From Bugula neritina (Eukaryota; Animalia; Bryozoa): DNA of 64,000 nt. The translations under genes and the position numbers were made by a program. Location: the NCBI GenBank assembly GCA_964035545.1, contig OZ037767.1, forward strand, positions 10,054,581 to 10,118,580. The letters are read 5' to 3'. The notes below the pieces were generated by a model. It was not told where the DNA came from and searched no databases. It worked only from the letters and a program-made list of their open reading frames with translations. Positions 12,601 through 26,310 of the stretch are shown here, piece after piece (within the stretch, counting starts at the first letter, position 1; the number at the start of each line of letters is the position of its first letter).

Positions 12601-15600
12601 AATCTCTGACATATTTTATTTAGTATTGTATTATTCGAATATACATGTATATCTTAGTTATCAGCTAAATATAACCCTGAGATTGTATTTATCTAATAGC
12701 CAAGATGTATGTGAATAATTTACCACATAAAATATGTAGTGCGTCAGGGATTCCTCAAGTTGCATTGATACATTCAAATAAGTTTGGGTTGAGATACTAT
12801 TATGAAACTTTGTCAGAATCAGCTAAACTTCGAGATAAGCAATTCCAATGATCGTTGCAAAATATGACTGTAAGCTAGTTTTCAAACTAAACAAAATTCC
12901 AAATACTAACGACTGTTTTGACAATTTGAAAAAACTGTCAACTGGCGTATTGAGAAACTGTAAAACAACGTATGATAAAATTTCTACACTTGAAGATGGT
13001 GAGATCTATGCTAGAAATTTCACTTGTCACATATTTCTAAAATGACTCAATAGCATGTAATAGAGTGATAGAGATTCTTATAGCAGATTTACTTAACAAA
13101 TTCATTGCCTGAGTTGTTAACACTCATTTGTATTAGTTGGGGGTAAATTGAATAACTGGAAGGGTTTCGATATTGAACGATTATAGGGGGTAATATATTA
13201 TAATATATATTATATACTATAATATTGTACATTACATTATATTATATTTTAATGTGAACTATGCAGTGCTTTCCTCACTGCCTACTTTTATCTGGTATAG
13301 CGGAGGATGCAAATCTTCTCCACACTACGGGTGGGCATAGTGGGGCCTCAAACTATCCACTAATGACATCTAATTTCTTCCAATATGATATAGTTTTCAT
13401 TCACACGTCTGCAGGTGGCGTGCTTTGTGTACTACGTGGTGGTTCTGAACAGCAAAGGATGTGTTGTTGATGCCACCAATGGTGTTTCATTATGGTCACC
13501 TATGATATACAACCCCCATAGGAGATACGAGGCGTGGAGGTTTCTTACATATGTTGTTATACATGTAGGGTGAGTATCCTTTAACCATTCACCTCACTAT
13601 TAGTAGGTGGAAATCACCTTCACATACCCATGCAATGTGTCGGCCATTGCTCTCTGTTATAATAATAATAATAGTTGTGAGGGTCGACTCAAGGTCAAAG
13701 CCTGCCAAGGGGATCAATCGCTAAATGCAGCACACAGTTTGTGGTCACTGAGTGCAGTGTTTGTATACACGTCATTGGCAGAAATCTAAACCTCCAACTC
13801 CAAACTGGAAACCCTAAACCACTCACTCAGTGACCCGAAACTTTGTGCTGCATCAAGCAGTTTCTGTTGCTTGATGCATATAATATTTGTTCAAGCTGAA
13901 GGCTCATCTTTTGGTTCCCTTTACAAGCTAGGCGACTCATGGGATAGACATGCAAAGAATAGTGAAAAGGGCGATAGTGCCAAATAGCTTTGAGCCTTGT
14001 CAATCTCCCATCTCATTTAGACAAGTTCAGAAAATACATCCATTAAAACTGTTGAGCAGTTTACTTCTCTAATAGTATCAGCAGAGTTAGAGTAATGCCA
14101 CATATTTCATTTCAAGTTTAATATGTGGGTCATTTTACTTAATTTAGTACACACTGGAAATATTCAGTTTTTAGCTATTTTTCACAATTTAGCTGCTAAG
14201 GAACATGGTTTTTTGCCAAAAACTAGTAAAATATCAATAAATACACCTAAATAATCAAGGCTCTTTTTAATCTTGCTTGATTTCCCATGTTTTTTCCTAT
14301 TTATTTAGCTACTTTAGATTGCGGACCGTTATTTAGTAGCTAAATAAATCGGAAAAAACATGGGAAATCAAGCAAGATTAAAAAGAACCTTGATTATTTA
14401 GGTGTATTTATTGATATTTTACTAGTTTTTGGCAAAAAACCATGTTCCTTAGCAGCTAAATTGTGAAAAATAGCTAAAAACTGAATATTTCCAGTGTGTA
14501 CTAAATTAAGTAAAATGGCCCATATTATTCGTAGTTTACAGATTATAGTTCACAGACAGTTGACTGTTAGCCTACAGTATGCTAATGTTACCAGAGTTAG
14601 GAGTGTTTTATTTGACCTGCACAGTTGAATAGATACACTTCAATAATGCAGTATTATGAGACATAAATCTCACATCACCAGCTCAGGCTGAAAGTTATTG
14701 TTAAAACTTGCAAAGCTATCAGTTTATGTAAGCAATAAAACCGTTTCACTATTGTTTATGATGAGTCTAGTGAGCCATAAAGGTTGTATTCTAGGGGCTG
14801 TTTATAAAATAGTAAATTGTAACTTATGTTGCGTTTATACCTTCACGATTTTCAGTCAGAAATTCAATTTGCATTGCGTTGTAAAGACCACTCGTCAGAA
14901 TTTTTGGTTTGTTATAACTTAATCGTTTGATTTTAGCATCACAATGGGAATGATAAGTCCTTGTAGATATCGGTATTCGTGTTCGTACTTATATCGGCTT
15001 CCTTTTCCAATCATTGCATTTATACAGTCAACTCAACTAATTAATCACGTTTTCTAAAGGCATGAAATAGCAATTAAGCGAGTCATATTTTAATATTCTG
15101 AAGTAAGCCTCTGCGTCAATACGATTTCAACGATTTTCAGTAAAACTATAAAAAGGTAGTTGGACAAGTGAATTAGCAAAAACTCAGGACTTTGTTTAGT
15201 AGAGGTATAAACGCAACTTTACACTTCTACCCTCAGTTTGCCTGAAAAATATCCGAGCACATAACTTCATTTTTGTAACATGCCTAACTTGATAGTCACT
15301 CAATTTCAGTTCTTCACACAGTTTCTTTTTTTTAGGTATATACATTTAATAGTGAACCTGGTCTTCCAGCTGTTCCTTGGAATCCCATTAGAGATGGTAC
15401 ACGGTTGGTGGAGAATTCTACTCATATACGGTTGTGGCAGCATAACTGGTTCTCTCGCCCATTCCGTGGTTGACAGTCACTCCTATCTGGCCGGAGCCAG
15501 TGGCGGTGCTTACGCAATAGCCTCGGCTCACATCGCCAACGTCATCATGGTTTGTCATTTCATTCTTATGAAAGATTTTTTTCATAGCCGACTGTTTCAG

Positions 15601-16891
15601 ACAGTTTATTATTTTACGGCACTTGAAGTAATTAGTTCATATTTAGTAAATTCTCTTCACTGCTCTTGATCTTGTTTATATGAAGCTGTAGTTACCTTTA
15701 TTTTTATGTACTAAATTTATGCAAATCACAGAATATTTCTGGAATGATGCATTGTCTAGTGACATGACTCATTCTTGATACAATGGCATACACTTTAACT
15801 TCTGTTGTTCTTGCAGAATTGGCAGGAAATGCAAGTGGACTGGCTGAAAGCTAAGCCAATCAGGTTTTTGCTTAGTGCCCCTGTACGACTCGCATTCATA
15901 CTTCTCATAGGTATTCAATACTCTATCAACTTCATATGTAATAGTTTGCTCTTTTTATAAAAATACATCTGCTTGAATTAAGACACCTTTTAAGCATTTT
16001 GTGGTAAAAACTTTGAGTTATTTTGTTGCAAAGAGTTGGCTATAGTAGCTATGCTGTTGTGTGATGATGAGGGGACAAATCCTAAAATAGTTGCTGTAAA
16101 CATATGGAGTTAGTTGCATCCATGATATTTAACTTGTTCATTTCATTGGTTGTGTGTAAGTTATTCTAACTATTCAGGTGGTACAGACACTGGTGTGGCG
16201 ATATACAACAAGTATATGTCCTCGTCAATGGATCACGCTAATGTAGGGATTGCTGCTCATCTGGGAGGAATGGCAACTGGTATGTATGTTTTATATGTCT
16301 CTGTGTTTCTGCTGTTGTCTTTCATATTAGTAATTCATATCACATCGGCAGCATTATTTTATGCCGGCTAAAGTCGGCATGTAATGATCAGCATCTAATA
16401 GTCATTATTCCTGTGAAAAACCTCTGATGGGAAGGTTTTTTTGTTAATTCGGGCTAAGGACTTATTCATATTCATTATGACTAGATGCTCTTCCTAACAA
16501 CACCAATGGCCTTTACTGGGGATCGAACCCATGACTACGGGTTTGCTAAACCATCACTCTAACCCCTAGACCACGGATGAGCCCTAATTGTCAGCATATG
16601 ATCTACAATTTTTAAAGCACATTATTTTACTTCTCTATTTCTTTGAGCTGTTCTTGCTTTTCAGGTCTCTTATTGGGAATACCTGTGCTGAAAAACATTG
16701 ACAAAAAGCCCTGGGAGACTGTACTTTTCTACATCTCGCTAATCATATACATAATTATGGTGGCATTTGCCGTGATATGGAATGCAGTATGGCCAGCTAC
16801 TGGACAACCCATGCACTTTCCTAAAGCTGATTGGACGTCACTTGTAAACTCCACCCTCATTCCACACCAGTGTGCAGTTCCACATGCGTGA
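9646..16891 (+). CDS. Rhomboid intramembrane serine protease with N-terminal EF-hand (RHBDL1/2/3-type), ~401 aa. Exons 9646-9714, 10745-10768, 11473-11625, 12247-12414, 13415-13569, 15336-15549, 15817-15910, 16178-16279, 16665-16891
   Basis: The spliced frame is open (1206 nt). Motifs: EF-hand DVNNDGLISYKEF, CKPPPLFM, EAWRFLTY..H, HLIVN, catalytic GASGG and AHLGG. The first two exons are less certain. Confidence 0.92.
14126..14522. repeat. Foldback palindrome, arms ~188 bp, 21-nt spacer
   Basis: 14126-14313 is the reverse complement of 14335-14522 with only a few mismatches. Confidence 0.93.
14827..15218. mobile_element. PIF/Harbinger-type MITE
   Basis: TIRs GTTGCGTTTATACCT / AGGTATAAACGCAAC, flanked by TTA on both sides. 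Confidence 0.7.
16406..16584 (-). mobile_element. tRNA-derived SINE copy
   Basis: Minus strand GGGTTCGATCCCCAGTAAAGGCCATTGGTGTTGTTAGGAAGAGCATC; same family as 9088-9274. Confidence 0.75.
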
Positions 16892-18261
16892 CTTCCTTTT
16901 GAATTGGCTTTGAGATACAGCATACCTAATGGATTATAATTTAAAATTCCACTGTAACTTCGCAAGCTTGTGTACTTTTTTCTTTGAATATAAATTCCGG
17001 TGCTGCTAACCCTTTTGAAAGTCAACCAAAGACCGACTCTAACAAGTAGTTCAGGCTTTTACTGGTTGACAACTCACGTTTTTTCAGTGTACAGCCTAAA
17101 GCCAGTCTCAAGCTTTTATAGAATGTGATATTTTGTTAAAAGAAGACATAACTATACTTTTTAGCCGATATTTTGAGTGTGTCAAGGTTTAGATACACAT
17201 TTTGCTATACTCTAATTTCAATATGAATTTTCTTACAGTGCTTGTAGTTTTGTACCAACTCTCACTGCTGATTTTATCACCTGTGTTATATTATCCTCTA
17301 CTTAGAATCACCAAATTAGATGACTTATATTCACAGAACCTGTTTTGAAGCTAGCCCTAATATCCTTGCATACTCTTGATATTATTCTCAGGCTATTGTT
17401 CAAAGCTGTTATTACTCTTACATCACAATCTAATAGTTGGCTCCCTTAATTATACTTTTTTCTTCTGCCTATTTTTGATATTAGTTCTATGTCGCCTTTT
17501 GTAATGTACTTTATTTATCCATGGCCTCGCCCAGCTATCCAAATATAGATATTACATCATGAATATCAATACACGGTCAGTTTACTGGTTTTAGTGGCTA
17601 ATATTTTTCTCTATGAGCGACCTTAGATATGCACACAGTTTTTTCTTGAGGTAATTGAAAATTCAGAAATTTTGTGTGACGAAATAGCTTCCATTAGAAA
17701 ATAAATTCTTATACTAAAGATAAAACAAAAGCTGTAATAGCCTATTATAAGCACATATTTTAGTTTGCATACCAAATAGCTACCTTTAAAAAATCATCTC
17801 ATAGGCTACATGAAGCACTGCCATTTTGAATTTTTTTTCTAGAATTGTTTCAATAATCACTAAAAGGCACAAGCATTTTCGTTTTTTTTAAACTCTAAGG
17901 AGGTTTCTGGTGTGGAGGTGTGTTTAAAAGGTGCAAAAATACAAGGCATGAACACATTTGAAAACTATTATTTTTAACTTTATTTAAAAAAAATAAAAAG
18001 TTCCTTTCAAGATATATGAGCTCAAACAGCTGTAATTTGAGAGGAGTAGAAAGCAATGCTAAACGTAACTGCACAGTAAAGCTAAAAAGAGCACCTTTTC
18101 TAATAGTAAAAACATAAATAATAATCTTTTGACAAAACATGCAAGATTACCAAAATTTTATAAGACAACAACATTTCATGAATTTTTCATAAGTTCTTAT
18201 AATACTGTCGGCTATAGATAAATTTATTATATAATATATACATATTTTTACAGAATATGTC

Positions 18262-21031
18262 TCATAAACTACTTAGCCGTTTTAAATTCAAAATATATTT
18301 ATAACGGGCGAAAAACAGCTCAGATGCAAATTTATATAATTGAATATCTAAACTATTCGCGGAATATATTTTTTCTTGAATATTGGTTTTCAGACTATTA
18401 AAATAGTCTCTTGTATCATGAATAGTTTTTGGTTTTAAATTGTCTAAAGGCTGTACAAATTTAATGTTAAATATATGCTCAAAGAGAACTTGACTCTCGG
18501 CCGGATATTCTTTAAGAGAGAAATGAGAAAGTTGGAGTAAGTTATCTTTGGCGCTTTGTAACAATATATCTTGGGTTTGAGAGTGTGTGAAATTGGCTGA
18601 ATAGCAGTTCACAAGTGAAAGGTTTGCCAGCATTCTAGTCTGCCTATTACTGGCTAAATTATGCGGACAATCAAGAAATTCGTCTAGAAGAACTCCTTCC
18701 CATGATTCACCAGTATAACAGAAAGGAAGCTCCTTATCTGTGGCAGATTTACCATTACACCTGAAAAGTGCAATGTAAAGCAAGGTGTAATAAACACAGG
18801 CGAACCTAAACAACCAGATGTAATACTGCAATATAACCTAATTGCACCGAAAAAAAAAATCTGATTTTTAAACACAAAAAATTTAGTTTGGCCTCAACAA
18901 CGACAAAAAGTTCCATGAATTTGCATGTTTGAACTGTTAATGTGTAAACAACAACGGAGCTTAGTAAATTATACAGTATGTTATACAGAACACTACATAA
19001 ATTATTTTTATTTATAACATTTCCATGTAAGAGATATATTTAATGTATGGATTGTTTTAAATCGCCGAGCTAAAGAAATATACCTCTTTATTGACTATAT
19101 TATTTATAAACTGGTAGATGCCTCACATTATGCATGTACTCTAACCACTCAACCAGGTCTGCCCCATTCTTTTAATAATAAAACTGTCTATAAATGAAAG
19201 AGCTGCATGCATTTGAACCAACAGAAGTGAAAACCACAGTACAGGGTGGAAAGGTAACTCCTAGTAAACGCAAAAGAGTTCTGAGAGTTGCAGTTCAGCT
19301 ATAACATTCTCAGACTTTAGAGTTTAGTTTAAGTTTTAGTGAATTCATAGTGCAGGAGGTGCAGTGATTGGCCATTCAAATAGTTTATTTTTCATACAAG
19401 TTTGTGAATAGTACTTTCAATAGCAAATATTAAGCAACAGCAATAGCTTGATTGATGAGAAAAAAGCTTTTACTTTAATTATTATAATATAGTTTCTTAA
19501 TTAACAAAATTGTAATTGAAAATAATAAAAATGGACTCGGCTTTAAAAAAGTAATAAACTGACCCTCTTGAAAAAATAACCATGAGCACTGAGCATGCTA
19601 ACAGAAATTTTCAAATAAACGCTCGAGGGACAGAATCATTAAAACGGTCATTAATAGGACAAGTTGCACTTGAATGCCAAATAAAACTGGAAACCTGTCC
19701 CACTGCAACTCTAAATTATGGACAAAAAGTTTGATAGCGGGAGAAAAGGGGGGGGGGGCAGGGGGAAGTACATAGACACCCTCAACAAACTTATACCTGA
19801 GTTTTGCACCTGACCAGGTAGCTCCTCGGGCTGTGTGAAGGTATTCACTGACATAGCGGTCTATGGGATCTCGTAGAATGGTAAACATCAAGTATCTGCA
19901 GTACAAAGTGGATTGATATAACCCGAGAATGACTGGTTTATGAATAATATTATATACAATTGAGATTTTGTTAGTAGTACAGCATACATTATCTATGAGA
20001 CTTCTAGACAAGAAAATGTACATAGAAAAAACGAACTAAAATGTGATGCAATAATTTAAAATTTAAAGTTCTTAAAACATAAAAGAGTATCAGTCCTTAA
20101 ACCACCACACTGTGACAAAATAGATAGGAGTTGAAGCAAAGATAACAAAAAGTTGTTTTTATTTTATATCAATTACAACTGTAAGAATTAAATTTATGGC
20201 AAGCATTGAAAATAACAATTTATGAGCCATAATAACACTTCGTAATAAAGAATTATATTGTAAAAAACTAAAAGTTAGAGTTTTGAAACAGCAACAGATG
20301 GTAAACTTGTAAGAACTGCTTGCCATCATCGCCACCTTCTCTCTCTGTGAAACCCTTCCAGACGATCAGCTTCTCCGTCAGCCAGACATTCCGTCCACTC
20401 GGTGAAGTCAGCATGGAGTCCACACATCCAGCCAGTAGAATACCTTGAGAAGAGCCACTGCCTGCAAGCATCAAGTAGACAGGTAACCGGGAGTCTAAGA
20501 GCACATTAAGGGAACCTGTTACTTGTATGTAGGCCTTTCAGTATAGCAATAGTCAGCACTAGCCCTCTTACAGCTGTCCCAGTTTGTCTCAATGTTGCTA
20601 TGAAGACTGGCATGCTTTTAGTAAGTCGCCCGATCTAACTTATGTGGGCTTATAGTTTCTATCCCTAAAAAACCTCCTGATAGAGAGGGTTTTGTAAACA
20701 GGCTAAGAAGGACTGTTTTAAAGCCCTGGCCACAAGATCGTGAGAATCACACGAAATCGTCTATTTGACACGAAAAAACATTCGTACGAGAAAATTTGAG
20801 GGAATTCAAACGAAATCGTCATCGTTGGGTGTGCACAACGATGACGATGGACGAAAAATCACAATCGGCGATAAGTACCATTTGATTGGTCAATAGAATT
20901 TTAGCAACAGTGATTATTTCATTTCTACTAAGTTTCTCTATTTGGCAATGTTCTGCTGCTTGTATCTCGTGCAAGACTCATTCACGGACTAATAAAAATG
21001 ACTTGTTGCCATCAAAGTGGTATATATTAAG

Positions 21032-21095
<64 letters not shown>

Positions 21096-23430
21096 GCTCG
21101 CCAAATAATTACTACAAATTTCAAAAATAGCATAAATTAAGTAGTATTACTATGCCTATTTGCATCCAATTTACTAGTCTTACATTTATAGCAACTGTAA
21201 AGTATTTTGCGTAAAATAGCTATTGCAAGCATTATTCAATTCATATTCACATGGTAATCACAGCGAAGCTTAAACTTTATAGCTTTGTATTTACGTGCAT
21301 GAGTAAGTTCTAAATTTTTTTTTTAATTTTATATGCATAAAAATGTTTTTAAAAACTTTACCAATAAACAAAACTAAAAAAATGTACACATAAAATACCA
21401 AAAAAATAACAAAAATGGCAAAGTTTTTCCTTTATAACTTATATAAACTTGCGGCACCAATCTCGGCATAATGACTTTTCGTTTAAACGATCATGTGGCT
21501 GGTCAATACGAAAAGATAACTCACGAAAATCGTCACACTAGTTTCGTGTCATTCTCACGATCGTGTGGCCAGGGCTTAAATTGTGACAAAGAAGCAATTA
21601 TGACTATATGCCTTTCATAATATACCAATGACCTTTACTGAGATTCGAACCGCGGACCTTGTGCTTACTAAGTCAGCGCTCTAACCCCTAAACTATATCA
21701 CCTAACTGTTACTGTTTATTGCTAGTCACTGTTATATAGTTCCTACAAGTTCAGTAGAGAAAGCGGCTAACGCTTCATAAAGTTTCGGTTTTATAGTGTT
21801 TAGTTTAACTTTTTTTCGTTAAATAGCTACAAAAAGATGTACAACCTCAGTAATGTTGAGGTCATCAACATAATTTAAATATCGTATACATCAACTTTTA
21901 CATTAAAGTTAATAAGTGCTAGGCTGAATAGAATGTGTTTCAAGAAAGATTTCCTCCTAGTAGTTCGCACTCAGAAGTGACATTAAACTATTTCATAGCA
22001 TGTAAAGTCCCAACTGTTAAAATAAAACTATTAGTAGTGGAATAAAATATGTTCATATGACCCCCCCTAGAGCACATAGTAATGAAAAGCTATCTAAGCT
22101 CTATACAAACTCACCGGTCACCGCCACTGTTGTAACAAGAACATCTCAACTTTGGATTCTTCTCACATTTACACGGAGTTTTTAGAGCCAAATTTTTTAC
22201 CAGGTTTTTTCCAAAGGTAGTGCCTCCAGTTTTTTGCATATGAATGAAAACAAGGACATCGTGGGCACTGTCTAAGAATATATGAACAGAACTACTTGAA
22301 ACTCTTGGTATGCTTATGTAACCACACACTAGCATGTGGGAATTAGAGGGGTCATAAAGACTTTACCCAGTTTCTAACTGGCTTTTACAGCTGAAAATAT
22401 TTGTTACACTATGTACACCGTAGGTTTCAGCAGAGGCTCAACCGTAGTAGACAGGTTACCTAGCAACATGTGCAAGTAACCTAGCAACATGCACATGTAG
22501 TCTAGCAACCTAGCAACATTTACAAGTAACCTAGCAACATTTACAAGTAACCTAGCAACATTTACAAGTAACCTAGCAACATGTACAAGTAACCTAGCAA
22601 CATTTACAAGTAACCTAGCAACATTTACAAGTAACCTAGCAACATTTACATGTAACCTAGCAACATGTACAGGTAAGCAAACATGAGTTAATTCTTAAAT
22701 CAGCATTGTGTATCTAGAATATTTAAAAACTAGCTATAATGGCTAACCTGGAGAGAAGGCATAGTGGCGGTGTAGATCTTGGGCAGTGAAGTTATAGTTG
22801 GAGACATGATGTGAACTGTGGGACTGAGAGATGTTGGTTTGAGCTGTCTGAAAAATAAAAGCATGCCAATGATACACATATTAGGTATTAATGCAAAATT
22901 CTGAATTTCATCAAATTCTCCTGCTAAAAAAACAAAAATCTAAGTTACTAACACATATGACATATGCTTGTTAGATTGTGTTTCTTTCAATATCCCAAAA
23001 AATGGATCAACAGTTGAAGGTAATAATGGTATTTACCATGTGTGTAATTCCGTATTTCATATGTGCATACTTTGCTTCAATTATGCTTACTGTAGAATCA
23101 TTCAACATATCACTGTGCCCATTGGATGTTTTCTAAAACAAACAACAAATCATCTCATCCATTATCAAGCACATTCCAATATATTTTATAAAATGGAAAA
23201 ATATTTAAATCAACCGTAATGTAAACTCGTCAGTTAAACTCATGACTTATTGAAAAATCCATATGTAGAACTAAACACACGTTGCCTTGAATAATAACGG
23301 TACTTACATATTGCTTTTCAGGCATCTTTACAGAAGCTGATGTAACTGATGAAGAAGTATTCATCAGGATGATTATAACACATATACACAAAATAATCAA
23401 ACATAAGACCATTCCTTTTAACACTCTCAT
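18262..23430 (-). CDS. HS6ST: Heparan-sulfate 6-O-sulfotransferase, ~367 aa. Exons 23430-23308, 22847-22748, 22271-22115, 20461-20336, 19895-19797, 18760-18262
   Basis: The spliced frame is open (1104 nt). N-terminal TM anchor; YNFT..DL; 5'-PSB FIHMQKTGGTTFG; WLFSRYSTGWMCGLHAD; 3'-PB TILRDPIDRYVSE; RGATW; NLASNRQTRMLANL. Confidence 0.95.
20722..21576. mobile_element. PIF/Harbinger-type MITE (855 bp) nested in a SINE spanning ~20661-21700
   Basis: ~35-bp TIRs AGCCCTGGCCACA.GATCGTGAGAAT.ACACGAAA with TAA target duplication. The flanks join into the SINE family seen at 9088 and 16406. Contains (TA)n. Confidence 0.85.
22456..22672 (+). repeat. 21-bp minisatellite GTAACCTAGCAACATTTACAA, about 10 copies, in an HS6ST intron
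   Basis: Direct tandem repeats. Confidence 0.95.
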
Positions 23431-24299
23431 CCTTTCAATCTTCAGCAAGTGATGTCAAATTGTTAGCAAGATACCTAAAATCAAATCAAAATCAATTACT
23501 GTGAGAAATATAGAGAATATACAAAGCACATAATATGAAGTAAAACAAAACTCAGAAAACATAGAATTTTAAATACTTAACCATCAAAATATATCAATGC
23601 AAAACACAAACTTCAAGAAGTTGGGCCTTGAATTTTAAATATTTATATAAGCCACAACGATTAAACAACTTACAATTCAAGGGTGCTGTTGAATTCCTGG
23701 TTAAAAAAGGTGGCTTTTTCTTTAATTATGCCACACTCCCATTCTAAAACCTGTGACGAAAAAACAAGGTATTGGGAAAATGTGAAAAACCATAGCGATA
23801 TTTACGGACAGTTTTGCTTCATTTGCAAGACACAATAATGAAGTCTTTAAGATTCCTAAATCAATTAGTGGATCTTTGAAAGGCTTCCGAAAAACATTTT
23901 TCACTCTCACTTTTCTTGACAAATACAATAAAAATAGTTTATCTAATTACTACTAGCAAGCAGCATAAAATTTTTCTTTCACTTAAGTTCTTGAATTTTA
24001 TTTTGATTAATTTAAATATGCAGCAACTGACTTTAAGCACTTTTTATATTTAAATAAAAATAGCAAATCTAGGTCAACTTTATAGCCATTATTTGTAATG
24101 ACTAGCTTTAGATCGCAGAATGAGAATGTTAGGAAAGTAAAGTCAGCATTATAAAGACAATCAAGTCAAGATCACATTATTGATCTTTATGGCTAGCACT
24201 GGGGCTCTTTCATTGTCAATTTTGGTGTCAATCATTTTAACGCAAACTCAAGTTCAGTATTTTAATTACAATGTGAATTTCAGCATCAAGTATGCAAAA

Positions 24300-25245
24300 A
24301 ACTATTGATATTACTACTAGTTTTAAATTTTAATTAATTTTACTTTTTACTTTTAGTATTTACTATCAGTATATCAATATGAGTATTTCAATTTTAAAGC
24401 AGCTTTAGAAACATGTTTAAAAGTAAAGACTATAAGTCAAAATCTATGCCTATGATTATTCACTACTAGTACCTGGTTGCATAAATAATGATCACAATCA
24501 GAATGACATTGACTATGAGCACGATAATCATAATTATGAAGAGAACTATTACAGAAAATAATTACAATAAAATTATGATAATATCCACAATCTGACAAAG
24601 ACTATAAGTTAACTATCAGTATCAGTATGAGTACCACTATCACTATGACTCATACTATAACTATGACGGTGACTAATACTGTAATAGTGATACTATTACT
24701 TATACTATCACTATGAATATAAGTATAGATATGATCAGTACGAGTATCAGTATAACTATAACTCATAACATTATGATTAACTTTAAGTATCACTATGACT
24801 ATAAGTATAGCTCTCAGTATGAGTATAATAATTTGATATTTATATACATATTGAATATTTGGATTAGTAATTGATTATCAGCTGGGCAATGGTGATAATT
24901 TATTGTAGTACAAACTACAAATATTATTGATACTAATAGTATTACTATTACTAATACTAATAGTATTACAATAAGTTTTAGTAATACATTTAGTTTTAGT
25001 TTTACTTTTACTTTTGATAATCACAACTTAGTCTAAACTAGTAATTGTAATAGTAATAGTAATGCTAATATTAATAACTATAACTATAAATAAACTTAAT
25101 CATCATATTATTAATCATAACCACTTCATAATCCTAATTATTATGCTAATTATAATGATAATGAAATATTATTAAGCATGATCAATATCAAAATAATAAA
25201 CTTCCATAATAAAAATTTAATTTTATTGATTATGATTATCACCTC
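24300..25245. repeat. Cryptic hexamer-periodic tract (resumes at ~26320-26420 after a LINE insertion)
   Basis: actatc agtatc agtatg agtacc actatc actatg actcat actata actatg... Confidence 0.85.
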
Positions 25246-25249
25246 GTAA

Positions 25250-26310
25250 CTCACCTCTTAAAATTAGAACACTCTGCGAACACCTACAGGCGCAAAATTA
25301 TGAGTGCCTCTTATGTTGTTTTTGTTTGGGTTTATCATATGTTGAAATGCATCTATTCTAGCATGTAGCTAAGTTTAGATATTCTAATTGTGATGTATAG
25401 GGTTTTAGCACATAGCTAAGCTGAGCTTGTGTTATGAGGTGGTATCCTCAAATCTCTAATGCTTAAAAGGAGAAAACTGTTGTGCAAGGTCTGAAAGGAT
25501 GCAGAAATAGTTGTTGGTTCCCCTCTCTAAGCAGATCGAGTGCTTATTGACCAATTTGGATTTAGTAGTTCATCATAAGCAGATGAAAGCGTTTCATGGG
25601 GCTCTTCATCTGAGAGTATTCTCAGCAACAAAGTTGATCTGTGGTCTCTTCGTTGGCTCGGAAGAGTTTTAAGTTGCTATTCAGTGCGAGTGTCACTGAT
25701 GCTACATCTACTTTTGAGGTTAGCAATAAACTCGATGGCTTGATTTTGAACATGTTTAATTTCCTCACAGGCACTTTTGTTAGTCGGATCCCACAACGTG
25801 TCTGCATACTCAAGGATAGGTCTACATAGACTAAGGTATGCAATTAATTTTGCCTTCATGGATGCATTGTATATCGTATACGTGATACATTGCAATGTTG
25901 ACTTTAGATGTAATATGTCTGTCAAACTTTAGGTTAGACTGCATGATTACACCAAGATATTTGACCTCTTTAACTGCTTTGAGAGTGATGTCACCAAGTG
26001 AATATAGATGAGAGGTACCATCAGTTTTACCAAATGGCAAATATAATCACTTCACACTTATCGGTATGAAATGGCATTTTCTATTTAAGTGACCAACTAT
26101 AAAGATTAAAGTGAGTTTAGGTCTCCCTGAAAGGCTTGCTGTTGTATTTTGTTGTTAACTTCAGCATATAGAGGTGTGTCGTCGGCATATAGGTTAACTT
26201 TGCATAAGACAAATAGAGAGAAATCATTGATGTAGATTAAAAAGAGTGTTGGCCCAAGAACTGACCCTTGGGGAACTCCAGATGCTACACCTAGTGACCT
26301 AGTTCAGATG
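25250..26310 (-). mobile_element. 5'-truncated LINE (CR1/L2-group) RT region and C-terminus, frameshifted
   Basis: SGVPQGSVLGPTLFLIYIND, NLYADD, VKYLGV, AYLSLCRPILEYADTLWDP. Confidence 0.9.

Noticed and set aside
20886-21140. ORFs with (IY)n or (RACV)n runs (also 31032-31241, 59971-60153)
   Set aside because: Translations of microsatellites.
22367-22390. 24-nt AG..GT-bounded cassette in an HS6ST intron
   Set aside because: It would introduce a TAG, and the conserved protein alignment is complete without it. No evidence beyond splice-like dinucleotides.
22456-22672. CRISPR-like array
   Set aside because: Head-to-tail repeats without unique spacers, in a eukaryotic intron.
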